Shown here one piece after another: positions 36,105-48,211 of a stretch of 64,000 nt of DNA. The notes below the pieces were generated by a model. It made no database searches, had not been told where the DNA came from, and worked only from the letters and a program-made list of their open reading frames with translations. This DNA is from Epiperipatus broadwayi (lineage: Eukaryota > Animalia > Onychophora). Where the stretch lies: contig JAQFVV010000011.1 of assembly GCA_028023455.1 (NCBI GenBank), forward strand, positions 4,278,001 through 4,342,000. Direction: 5' to 3'. Numbering within the stretch: position 1 is the first letter of the stretch; every line of letters begins with the position of its first letter. A program made the translations under genes and the position numbers.

Positions 36105-38257
36105 TATAAGGCATTAATATCATGTATTTCATCTAGTTTTTATCACTTCTGAAATGATTCTATTACACGTTGCAACTTGATTTGTATTTGAAATTTATTA
36201 TACTTTTAAAGATGGTATTTTTCAGTGTAATTCTATATATGTAATCTTTGTATTCAATTTTCACTCTATTTCAGCTAAATAATTTAATAAATTAAAACTT
36301 GGAGTTTGTTTTAAATATTCCCCCATCTTTTTTTTAAGATCATCACTATGAGAAATTTCAAACTTTTATATGCTGTAACATCACATATAAATTCAATGGG
36401 AAATTTTATATATAGATCTTATGTTAAGGATGCTTTTTATCATCAGATATAATAATTTTTTTATATTTTTAAATAAGATGAATAGTGTGTTTGTTTGGGT
36501 GTCATTTGCCATGTTTTAAAATTATATAAGACCTACAATTTACCTCACACAAATTACTATGCATTTACAAAGTGCACTGTTCGTCCATCCATTCTGATAC
36601 AGTATATATATATTTTTTTAACAGCAGATAACTTATTAGGTTTCCTAGAGCAGAAATTCAACAAATGCATATGTATACAAAAAATGCTCCTAGTGTTATA
36701 ATAAGAAAATGTGAATAATATTTAAATACAAAATTGAAAATGCACTATATAAATTTGATAAATAACCAGGAGCAATATTTAAATATAATTTATCTGAAGA
36801 CATAGTTACGTATTTTAATTGATTAAAGCATGTAATATTTAATAATACATGGAGGTACAGATATGAAAAAATCAATGGTGTTATTTGTTATTGTGTTAAT
36901 GCCTGAAGCTTATCCGATGATTAAAGGTTGCCCATGAAATGCATGTATAAAGGGTGAGGGTGGTTTGAGTTTCAATGCTATTGGAGACTTACAATATATT
37001 GGGATTTGAGAAGAAAAGTAGGTTGCTAAAAAATTTTGAAATATCTGTTCAGTACGGTGATTATTTACCATCCTAATGGTGTGAAAATTAGTAGAGCCAA
37101 TTTCTTCCTGAGAGAATAGTGTTATGGAAAAAGATTGAGCTTTCAACATGGTATTGAGGTGCAGGTGTTTAATGCTTCTTGCTCACCTAATGAACGTAGG
37201 ATGTTTGCAAAATAGATATATAGTGAGAGAGCTATATAATGGAGCTTAAGATGATTGGTACATTGATAAAAAAAATTGAAAATTCTTCATATATATATAT
37301 ATGTACTTGAGCTTATTGATAGCTTTAAGTTTTTAAAGTATTGACAGCTATGAACAGTCTTAATATGATCATATTTGTATATTAAATAATATTTTTACAT
37401 ATATTATGTTTGTTTTGTAAAATAAAATGTTTCTATTGAATAATGTATTTTGAGCTTCTGTATAATAATAGGTTTTTTTTTTAATTGTAAATATTTCACT
37501 GCTCTTAAATTATTTTTATTATTTTAACATAATAATTTATTGATTCATAAATTTTTCATAAAGCCTTGTTTTTTTTTATTTAAAGAAGTCAAGTCAGAGC
37601 TACCTTTTTTTAATATTTTAAAATTGCAAACACTGAACTGTATGTTTATTCATCATCTCGCATTAGTAGCTGATAATAATTTTTCATTGGTTGATTACTT
37701 TTTAATGTAAACTAATAATTCTTTCAAAAGAACTTTATCCATTAACTATTTTTACTCATTAATGTAATTTATGATATTAAAAAAGCTGTGAAGATTTAAA
37801 AAAAAAAAAAATCATGAATTTAAACTTCCTGATATCTGATTTTTAATTATGTTTATGCTGAAATAAATTGTAGCTTTCTTTTTATTCTTTAATTAAAACA
37901 GATATTTTAAGTTTTACACATTAATTGTTATTTTTATGAATGAAAAGTATGTTTCCAATTAATTTATTATGCCAAATAATAAACTTATTGTTTATTAGAT
38001 TGATACTGTTTTGGGAGTGTCTGCAATATAAATTGTGAATGCAATTGCTGTATGTTTTAAAAATAAAGTTATAGTTTTCTATAGACCATTATAGATAAAA
38101 TAATGTTCATCTAGTTATTTTGCAGCACTAACAAAGCTGCATTCCATATTTTTTCAAGCTATTGAATCAGTGAAAAAGATATCATTCTGGCTCCTCTAGT
38201 TATATATATTTTTTTTTTCTTGGAAAACCTCCATTCTTTAGGTGAACTATAAGTTTG

Positions 38258-38762
38258 ACCATTTAAATTTTCTCTCAGCTCTGTTCTGCTTTCTTTATAA
38301 ATATCAAGATTGCATTTTAGTTGGTTCTAAAATTTGAATATACTTATAAGTATTTATACAGTATTAAACCTTTTAATGTAAAATGTAAGGGCTTCATAAT
38401 AGATTGGAATGATTGTTATACACATATTTACTCCCCAAACTTAAGGAATATGGTACACTGGAAGCAATTATATAACCAACCAATCAAATCAAATCATTTA
38501 GTTAGAGAATAATAATTCCAGGTTAATCAGTTCAACCATTTAAATTTTCTCGATGGATAGCTCAAAAATTTGAATATACTTATAATTATTTATACAGTAT
38601 TAAACCTTTTAATGTAAAATATAAGGACTTCATAATCGATTGGGATGATTGTTATATACATATTTACTCTCCAAACTTAGGGAATATGGTACACTGGAAG
38701 CAATTATATAACCAACCAATCAAATCATTTAGCTAGAGGATAATAGTTTCAGATTAATCTGA
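38258..38762. repeat. Two-copy tandem duplication (~277 and ~228 bp)
   Basis: ACCATTTAAATTTTCTC at 38258 and 38535, followed by ~200 bp of high identity (GGAATATGGTACACTGGAAGCAATTATATAACCAACCAATCAAATCA). Confidence 0.9.
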
Positions 38763-39122
38763 GTTTTTTATATGTATTTGATACAGTGGACATAAAAATG
38801 AGCAGAGATGCTGTATTTTGCCAATCAATTATTTTTCGTGAAATATTTATATAGCGAGAGGAGTCAGACTAAGACTTTTTTGTTTTACTTCAATAGTTTA
38901 TGAGAGTATGGAGTGTAATTTTGAGGTTGCTGTGAAATGAACTAATTGATATATACTTTTAGTGCAGTACTTAACTTTACATCAAGAGAAAATTATATTT
39001 GCATACTTAAATTTGAATTATAATTGCCATAGTAATAGCAAATACACACTTTAATGCAGGTGAATAATTAACCTCTTTAACCTGCTACATATTGTTGACA
39101 CAATTCTTGATACATTAACATT

Positions 39123-39421
39123 ACACAACTACTTCCTCTTATGCTTGATAACTGTTGTTAAAACAGGCAAAACTCACTATATATATTGTCACACACAGCA
39201 AGCTAGAGTAATCAATGGATGCCAGAAGGCTTGTGCATAAAATCCCATCTAGTGCCTACTCATCCAATATCCACTAATGAAGGCCATAAGCCAGAAACTC
39301 ATCTGGAGATATTGGATGAGTAGGCACTAGATGGGGATTTTATGCACAAGCCTTCTGGCATCCATTGATTACTCTAGCTTGCTGTGTGTGGCAATATATA
39401 TAGTGAGTTTTGCCTGTTTTA
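39123..39421. mobile_element. Family A fold-back insertion
   Basis: Short antisense arm with tail to ~39272 and long sense arm ~39272-39421; 13-bp TSD ATACATTAACATT at 39110-39122 and 39422-39434; HHR mutated (CTAATGA, GAAACTCATC). Confidence 0.9.
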
Positions 39422-40387
39422 ATACATTAACATTCCTATTATATATATATAATACACATTTAACAAAATTTAAAAGAACTTGGTGTTTATCCATAACCTC
39501 TAAATGAATGTCGTTACAATCTTAGAATCGCAGTAAGAAATATATATATACCAAATCAAGGTATATATAATAATTTACTAGATAATAAGAAATGAATAAT
39601 ATTAAATGCATATATATATATTTAAGTTTAGCTCCAAGTACTTCTATAATTATGTACATTAAGGAAATCTTTCATTGGATTTAATAATTAGTAAACTTTA
39701 CTATCTACATATCTTTTTATATCTATAGGTTTTTCTCCAGCAAAGTAATCCTTTAATATCTTTTTACACTACTCGGTTTCTTTATCACTCATCTTTTGAT
39801 TAACCTCTAATTGAGGACTTGAATCCTTTATGCTGTATATTACTTCACTTTAGAAAGCTTAAGGCAACTTTTGATTAATAGAAACAAACTTCTGTCAGGA
39901 CAGGTAAAAAGGCTGTCTTTTATATCAACGTCTTTTGGAGGAATGGCATGAAAAGATTTCATTGTTGAAAAATTATATTTTATAAGCATGGATAGTAGTA
40001 TAGAGCTGACTGCAATTAACATGTCTTGTTAAAAATCATTTCTATAGAAAACTTTTACATCATAGCCAGAATCAAATCAGCATTAAAAAATATTTCTAAG
40101 TTATATGATTCCTTTATATCCAAATAGTTATTACCAAGATATAGGGATTTGTGGGCCTTATACTGTTTTTCTGCAGTAGTAATTCTTGGACTTTAAGAAT
40201 GAATGCTTGCGTCAGTGTATCAATGAATTTTTGAATTACATTTATCTTCATATACTCTTTCTGACAGTAATAAAAACATATGTTCCTGTGCCACAAATCC
40301 ATGCTCTTGCTTATGAAAAGCTGTTTTCTTTAATGCTTATTAGAGATTATTTTTCTGTTTTATTACAGTCCATTTATAAATAAATTA

Positions 40388-40880
40388 ATCAAATATAAAA
40401 CCAAAAACTGCCTAACACTATAGTAGTAATAAATAAAATGCAAGACCATAAAACAATACAATACTAGATAAAATCCAAAATTTTTACCAAAATCCCCTTG
40501 CACAACCACGGTTTCATCTACTACAAATAGACCTCAAGTGAAAATCAAACTAAAGGAACACACACACACATATATATATACAAACAAACAAATCTTCCCA
40601 TAATTCATTTCAAATACCACCTTCCCTTAATATCAAAAGATTAAAGGAAGGTGGTGTTTGAAATGAATTTATGAAAATATCTTTTGATATTAAGATAAGG
40701 TGGTGTTTGAAATGAATTATGGGAAGGTTTGTTTGTTTATATATATATATATGTATGTTCCTTTAGTTCGATTTTCACTTGAGAAGATCTATTTGTAGTA
40801 GATGAAACCATGATTGTGTAAGGATTTTGGTAAAAGTTTTGGATTTTATATAGTATTGTATTGTTTTATGGTTTTGCATT
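40388..40880. mobile_element. Family B-related fold-back insertion
   Basis: Arms ~40436-40640 and ~40680-40880 are inverted; tail on the left arm; internal direct repeat AAGGTGGTGTTTGAAATGAATT at ~40648 and ~40697. Confidence 0.85.
40776..40818 (+). ncRNA. Putative hammerhead variant with U3:A8 core, family B
   Basis: cac-TTGAGAA-g-atcta(tttgtag)tagat-GAAAC-CATG-ATT/gtg: 5-bp stem II; the cleavage triplet G>A change probably impairs this copy. Confidence 0.45.
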
Positions 40881-43519
40881 ATATATATATATTGTGACCA
40901 TCTGAATGGGCACAAGGGTTTAAGATACCTTGTATCTTAATTAAATAGCTATATTGTATTATAAAAAAAAAATGAAATAGTCTTGGAATTTTAAAATTTT
41001 TGAACAAGATCATTTAAAGTTTGAATATGGGTTGCCTATGTAGTTTATTGACCACTTGATAGGTATTCATTAGTATTATTGTGGTTAATGAGGTATATAA
41101 TGTAAGGAAGGGGGGTTGTTTGTTAATGAAATTCATATATTTTGTTGGAAAAATGCAAAGTTATCCTGTGTTAGTATAATATTTAGTTGAATGGTTTGTA
41201 CAATCCTTTGTTCATTGGTTCTTATCCTTGTCAACAGAATAGCAGCTCTAATTATATTTAGTTAAGACAGTTCAATGTTTAGATTGTAGTGCATGCATGT
41301 GTATGCCTGTATGATTCTGCCTTAGGTTTCATCTCATTTTCATTCTTTAAATAATAGCAAACAATAGTACATTCACAATAAAAAAAACATTTAAACTACA
41401 GTAGTATCTTAAATAATTAACAAATATATATTTCTTTCCAATGATTAATAGATAGTTGAACCAATAAATTATTTTACTAATTAAATAAATTATTAATCAT
41501 TTTTATCAGATAGTTAATTAATATTCGTTTTTTTTTCAAGTTTGTAAAAGCTATTTATTTCATTATTTGTATTTTTTTTTTTTGTAATTTAATTCTGAAA
41601 ATCAAAATCATTTTTTTTTTTGTAAAGATTTTTTTTTTTTAATATGTAATTACAGAGTTAGCAAGATGCGTGGGAGTAAGCTAGCAAAAAAAAAAAAAGA
41701 AAAATGAACTGTTGCAAGAGAGAGAGAGAGCTGTTAAAAAAGCTCTCCAGTATGTAAAAAGATTAGCTTTGTAAAGAATTAGAGCCAAAAAGACAGTGGC
41801 TTATATTTTTCAAACAACTAAAGTTAATTGCTGAAGTCAGATTATAAGAAATATATCATGGAAGGAGCTAATTTCAATATGCAGCACTAAATTTTAACGA
41901 GGTACTCAGTTTTGCATTCTCTTTCAATTTAAACATTTTAAACGAATCTCTTCGTCACTGTTGCTCTTGTAAAAATGTATATTAATATCATGCAGTTTAT
42001 ATTACTTTATTTAATTCCAGTTTTAAATAAGAATGGTTTACATAACTATTATCATTTTATCATTAAGCAACGTGTTTTTTTTTTTTTTTGGTTATATGGA
42101 AAACGTATGCAGACTGTTATATAGAATACATTTTGTTCTCACTATTTTTCGTGCGCGAAGATTATACATAGACTTAAGGATATGTCTATCTTGATAGAGC
42201 ATACCACGTTTAAATTCTTCGTACTTAGATAACAGTATTCATTTATTGGATATATCTGGAGCTAATACGTATTTATGAATTAAGAAATAACATATAAACT
42301 ACTTCTGTTTAAATTGAATTTGAAGGACAAAGGAAAAATGCTGGTAATTTTTTTTTGGTTCTCTTCAATAAGGACGGAATATCAAACAAAGCATTACTAA
42401 TCACGGAATTACTAAAGACAATTTAAAGTGTAGAATGCTATTCAAAATAATAAGGACAATTGCGTATTTAATCCAGAGCGGCACAAAAATATCGTATATT
42501 TTCAGTATGATAAAGGAAGAATTAACTGCTTGCGTGATTTGGTGTCCCAAATGGATATGTTATGAACACTGAAAAGTAGTGGGTATATTTAAATTACGCT
42601 TATATTTTTTTTTTTTAAGTTATACTGCAGAAGTGCATTTAGTTTAAATGCGGTTTGGAATGTGTCCTATACTGTTTGTATAATCCTGGAGAGAAGCTTT
42701 ACAAATGAACTTTTTATTCAAATTACAAAACTAATAACTTTTGTGTCTTTATTTTTTTTTTTATTGCTTAACTCATATATAATGTATATGATGGATAGAG
42801 AAGCTTTAATACTATTATGTTTATTTTATAATATATGTTATTTTGACTTTCAAGACCGTCTCTGGAAAACGTACAACTTAAAGGAGTAGTACGTCATCGG
42901 TAAAAAAAATTGATTGTGTTCAGATAGGTCTTATTATTTTCCTTATGAGGATGAAGGAAATATTTTTAATAATATATTATTAGAGAGGTTTCCATTTATT
43001 TTTGCATATGTTATTATCTTAAAGTGAGAAGTATTATTATTATTTTTTTTTTTGAATCAACGAACGAACGTATAATAAAAATAGTTTGTTAAATATAAAA
43101 AGAAAGTTCGTTCATAATAATTAGAAGCATTAAATCTTAAAAGTAACCTAAAGTTTATTAAATTAAAAAAATTATACCTTAATGCAATATTTAATTATCA
43201 TATTACCTGCTTAGTGCGTAATTTAGGGTTAATATTATATATACTTTTATTCGCGAGAGTGTGTTTGTTTTGCACAATTGTGATATTTGTGTGATAAAGT
43301 ATAATTTGTGAATATTTTATGCATAAATTCGTACAGTGTCGTATTTTCTGAGTTGAACAGATTGATGTATTATCTATAGGTATAGAAGCTATGATAATAG
43401 AAAGAAGTCTGACTGCGTTGTGATATTTATAGGGATAAAAGATCTTGCTTATTTAATATATGTTAATAATTTCCATGAGTAGAGCCTAGTTTATTTTATA
43501 TGTGTATGATTAATGATAT

Positions 43520-43900
43520 TTTTGAAGTGATGTTCTTAGGGTCCTGGTGTTGTGGAATTTAAAATCCCCACCAAATAATGTATTTAGAAATAAAGGAGTT
43601 ATTGTTAAAAGATGATTAAATGATGCTTAGGAAGTGATATGACGTTTTTCTTGGATTCTTGGTGTTGAGTAGATGTTCTCCACCAAAGGTATATGTGGAA
43701 TTAGGTGAATTCTGGTAGAAGTGTTCAATAGATGTTTATCTGCTCCTCATGTATATTCCCTTTATAACGTGTTGTATGTAAAAATCATAAAATATAGCTT
43801 TGTGTTAATTAAAAAGTGGTTAGACAAATTGTTAGATTAATTCTGGATGTAGTACTAGTGTCATATTTATGGAGGATTTACGACATTGTTCGAAATAAAT
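43520..43900 (-). pseudogene. Possible APE-endonuclease remnant of a non-LTR retrotransposon
   Basis: Minus frame NIYSTP...LFGGDFKFHNT resembles the APE motifs N.YSPP and GDFN.H; short evidence. Confidence 0.3.
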
Positions 43901-46769
43901 TAATTATGTGATATTTTCTTAATGAAGGGAGAGTTTACAGAAAAGATTGTTTTATAATATTGCTGCTTGAACGTACACACACACGCGTAATATAAATAAT
44001 ATCGCGAATTGAGGTATAGAATTATGAAATATAAAAATGAGAAATAAATGCTCGGAAATATACTAAATTCAGTTAATAAAGGTATAAAACATTAAGATTT
44101 AAACAGGAAATAAGTATTTTAAAATACAATGTATCTATTTAAGTAAAAATTAATCATCAAATCATCAGAATAAACATGATTTTGCTATGTATGAAAAGTA
44201 TAAGGAATTGGAATTATTATTTAGTCAATTAGAGAAAGTTGTTTTGCTGAAAGTCAAAGATTAATGGTTTGATTTATTTTGTCGATCAATATATCCTCTC
44301 GAAAGTATTTATATTTCTTTTTTTTGTGATAATAATATGATATTTCATTTATTCATTGTCGTATGGATAAAACATCTAAGCAAGTATGTGTTCCAAGTCG
44401 GGACCTTTAAGTTTATTATTAGTTTGTTTAGATAGTAGGAATCCCAAACTGATGCTAAAGATTTATTTAATAATTTAAAGGTCTATAAAATGAAGACCTA
44501 TTTTGTAAATATTATGTTCATCCCAATTTATTTTGTTTATTTGTAATAAATGATGTATTTAGTTATTTAAATTTAAAACAACTGTGTCGTGAGTTATTTT
44601 TTTGTATACATTCGTATTTCCATTTCCACATCTCTCACATTGTATAAATCTATTATAAAACAGATATACTATTTTAAAGTTATCACATTAAATTTGCTAG
44701 GGTCTGACAATATTGTATTTCTTAATCCAAACATTATAAAGAGTATTTGCCACTTGATAAACGTATTAGAAAGGTTGCCAAGTCAGTATATTCATTAGAT
44801 GATGATATGAGATTAAAATACCCTATCTCTGTCATTATCTTATTATTGAAGCACAGTAAAATATTTAGTCAATTTGTTTCATTATATTTTAGCATACTTT
44901 ATAATTATAACTTATGGGCAATGGAGTTTATTTAATTCAACTGTGTTTATTAAATTCCCTGAGATCTTATTATTTATTTCTTGATTGGCATTAGAGTAAA
45001 TGTTTAAATTATGATATGCCAAGTAACAAAATTGTCTACGAATATAATTATAGCAAGTTGATATATGTTATACTTGGATGAAGGAAGAAATTAAGTTTAA
45101 AGTATATTTTTAATAGACTGTACTAAGTAAACATTATGATTCCTTATCATACAATCAATTAACAAAGGAATTTACAATATATTGAATGTTTTGTAATATT
45201 TCTTCTTTTATTCATTTATTATCATATATCTTATGAACTGCCTATAGCCTCCCACTGAGCTGAGCTGAACATAAATTTAAATATAGAGTCTCAGTAATAA
45301 TTTTGTATTGTATATTTTATTATATTGTTCTATTCATCAATAGAACTGGCGCCTGGGCATTTCGTTCATGTAATGTATATGAGCGGTGTTGGGAGTGTAG
45401 GTTATAATATATATATTCCCTAGCATGTATTTTTCTTTTTTTATTTAATAATATATAAATGAACTTTCCATAAAATATGATTTTTTTAAAAAAAAATACT
45501 ATTTGATATTTTTAAAACTGTTGATAAGTTCTTGAATTCCATATTTTTATATTTAATTTTCTTAAGTGTAGATTTACCATTTTATCTTCTATAGAAAGAT
45601 ATAAAATTTTTAAAGAGAGCATCTTTCCAGATCAAGAAATTAAAAACAAGCTCATACCAGATACCCTAGGATCTTAAATACCATATCTGTGCATACTTTT
45701 TATATATAAGAATTAAATATGCTTATGTATAACAATTAATACTTTTCATCAGTGGGATAACATTTGTTTAATTTTAAAATTCCTATTATTTTATTTAGGT
45801 ATTTATTTTTTAACTATTAAGTATAAAGTTTTTAATTACTTTATATACCACAGAGCTTTTTGTGGCTTTAAATGAGTTTATTATTTCATGGGTTCATATT
45901 GTTACAATATATGGATGGTCTGCTTATGCTATATTCATAAAAATGAAATTGTTTTTTGTATGTTTCTTTTATAATCTTAATGATTTAGCCAAGTGGTAAA
46001 ATTTAAGATTCCTAAATCAAAGTTCAACCTCCTTCAAATAGGTAACCATTCAGTTACTGTGCTGTATATTTAAGGCAATAGTGGACTCGAGAGCTAAACA
46101 TTTTGAGATCACCCTTTACTTCCCATACTCAAACATCACATAGCAACCCAAGCAACTGAACATTTGATTATTTTTACTAATAATTTACCCATTATGCAAA
46201 TGAAAATCAAAATATTAATAATGTTAAAATTAAAACAGTTTTGTTTTGAAAAAAAAAAAATGAATAAAAACTAATTAAATTTTTATTTAGGACAAATATT
46301 TGTGATATATCATTCTCAAGATTACATGTAATGGCCCAAGGAGTGTTTAACGTTTTTTCTCAAATAAAGTCTTCTGACCCCGACTACTTTATTTCATTTA
46401 CTTGAAAGTGTTACCACATAAGGTTTGATTGATTTATGCTCCATATGGTATCACTTCCTGCTATCTAATATTTTTATAACTTCCTGTTAATATAGATAAT
46501 AAAAAAGTTGTAAAAAGAAACAATAGTAAGATAATACATGCTTTTTTAGAGAGAATGTAAAACTTTTTGTAGACTAATGTAAAGTGAAGGTATGTAGATC
46601 CTCTTTTATGACTAGGTTTAGTCAAACCTGTACTTAATAGTTATAAGAATGCAGTTTGAGTAAATAAGAAATAGCACTGGTCAAACGGTAAAGCAATCAT
46701 ATCATTTTTATTATCATTCCAAGTGAATTATTGATTAAATTTAATTAATTTGCTTAATTAAACTTGAAA

Positions 46770-47285
46770 AACAGTAGCAACTCTTTTCATACAGTAGTGC
46801 CATCTAGTGCAAGTCATAGTAATCAGTGGATGCTAGAAAATTTGTGCATCAATATTTCTATCTGGTGCTTATTCATCCAATATTCCCGGACTAGTTTCTA
46901 GCTTGTGACTTTGCCTTGGATATGAGAGCACTGCTCCTAGATCTTTGAATCTAGTGCTACCTTCCAGCAGCCACATTTTGCCTTTTTACTTTATAAAATT
47001 ATAAGCCTAAAACGAAAACACAATAATGTTTTCAATCCAAGCTAATTCGCTTGTATAGACATTCAGATTTGTACACAGATCAGTATCTATAAGTTTTGGT
47101 GTTTTGGGTTTTTTAATGACTATAGTTCCTAACATCCTACAGCCAGGATTAATATCAAACCACTAAAATGTCACATGACATATGCTTACATGATCTGTTA
47201 AATCAGTAGCTAGCAAGTCTCTCCATTGATTACTATGGCTTGCACTGGATGGCAGTACTATATGGAGAAAGTTGCTACTAATTTA
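46770..47285. mobile_element. Older family A fold-back whose long arm spans more than one monomer
   Basis: The antisense arm from 46770 runs through the HHR region and an otherwise unseen middle part, then returns to tail and end sequence at ~47157-47210; short sense arm ~47221-47285. Confidence 0.75.
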
Positions 47286-47952
47286 GCCAATAAGAATATT
47301 TATATTTTTTATTATTTGAGAATTTATGTTTAATGTACATTATTTAATACTTTCTATATTTAAGTTTTTTTATTTGTTCTGTGGCTCTGTGTATGGAGGG
47401 GGTGGGGAATAAATTATTTAAGAAGAAATGCTTTTTCAGATTTTGTAAATAGATTGTGTTGAATGATTAAATAGAAGAAATCAGTTAAAAGGGATGAAGT
47501 AGTCATAAAATTGTAATTATATGATTTTTTAAAAAAATATATTCATTTGAAGCACAAATAATTAAATTGAAATTATATTTTGGTTATAAGGCAAAGCAAT
47601 TTTTTAGTAAAGTTCAATACTTGGAAAGGTTAAAGATGAATGAACTTATTATCTCAATAATGAATATGTATTGAGGAGTCTGAGAAAACAAATGGGATAA
47701 ATGCTATTCATTTGATTGCTAGAAATCAGTAATGGTTTGACAGTGTCTACTAATCACAATGATAATAACAATAAATTGTATATACATATATATTTTAATT
47801 CTTTTATAAAGATTAGTATAAATCAATCTCAGATAGCAATTTAAATATTTAGTTATTTAAATTTAATAAATATGTTTACTTGTATGTAAGTGCATATAAT
47901 TTAGTCTAGTAATAAAATAGTTGCACTTTTTTCGTTGATAAATATATATAAT

Positions 47953-48053
47953 TCATATGTTATAGCATCGACTGGGAAGCGAACCCGTTACAACTGTCTG
48001 CAAGCAACTGCTTGCTTGCAAAGTAACTGCGCTGACCTCTCGGCTACCAATGC
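47953..48053 (-). repeat. tRNA-like dispersed repeat with palindromic long variable arm
   Basis: Minus strand GCATTGG-TAGCCGAGAGGTCAGCG-...CTTTGCAA...GCAAGCAAGCAGTTGCTTGC...GGGTTCGCTTCCC-AGTCGATGC has A-box and B-box-like motifs; second copy at 9878-9966. Confidence 0.55.
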
Positions 48054-48086
48054 TTGATTATTTTAAGTTTAAAGATGTATATATAT

Positions 48087-48211
48087 ATGTATAAACAAAG
48101 GGAGTAAATCACTTCCCTTAGACTATGAATTAATAGCATTCCAAATGTTGAACAAAGTGTTACTAATTCATAGATTAGGGGAAGAGTGATTTACTCCCTT
48201 TGTTTACATAC
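48087..48211. repeat. 125-bp hairpin (MITE-like or pre-miRNA-like)
   Basis: ATGTATAAACAAAGGGAGTAAATCACTTCCCTTAGACTATGAATTAATAGCA pairs with ~48158-48211 with few mismatches; ~20-nt loop. Confidence 0.75.

Noticed and set aside
36900-37260. Possible Tc1-like transposase remnant (GGLSFNAIGDLQYI)
   Set aside because: Only one loose motif, no TIRs found.
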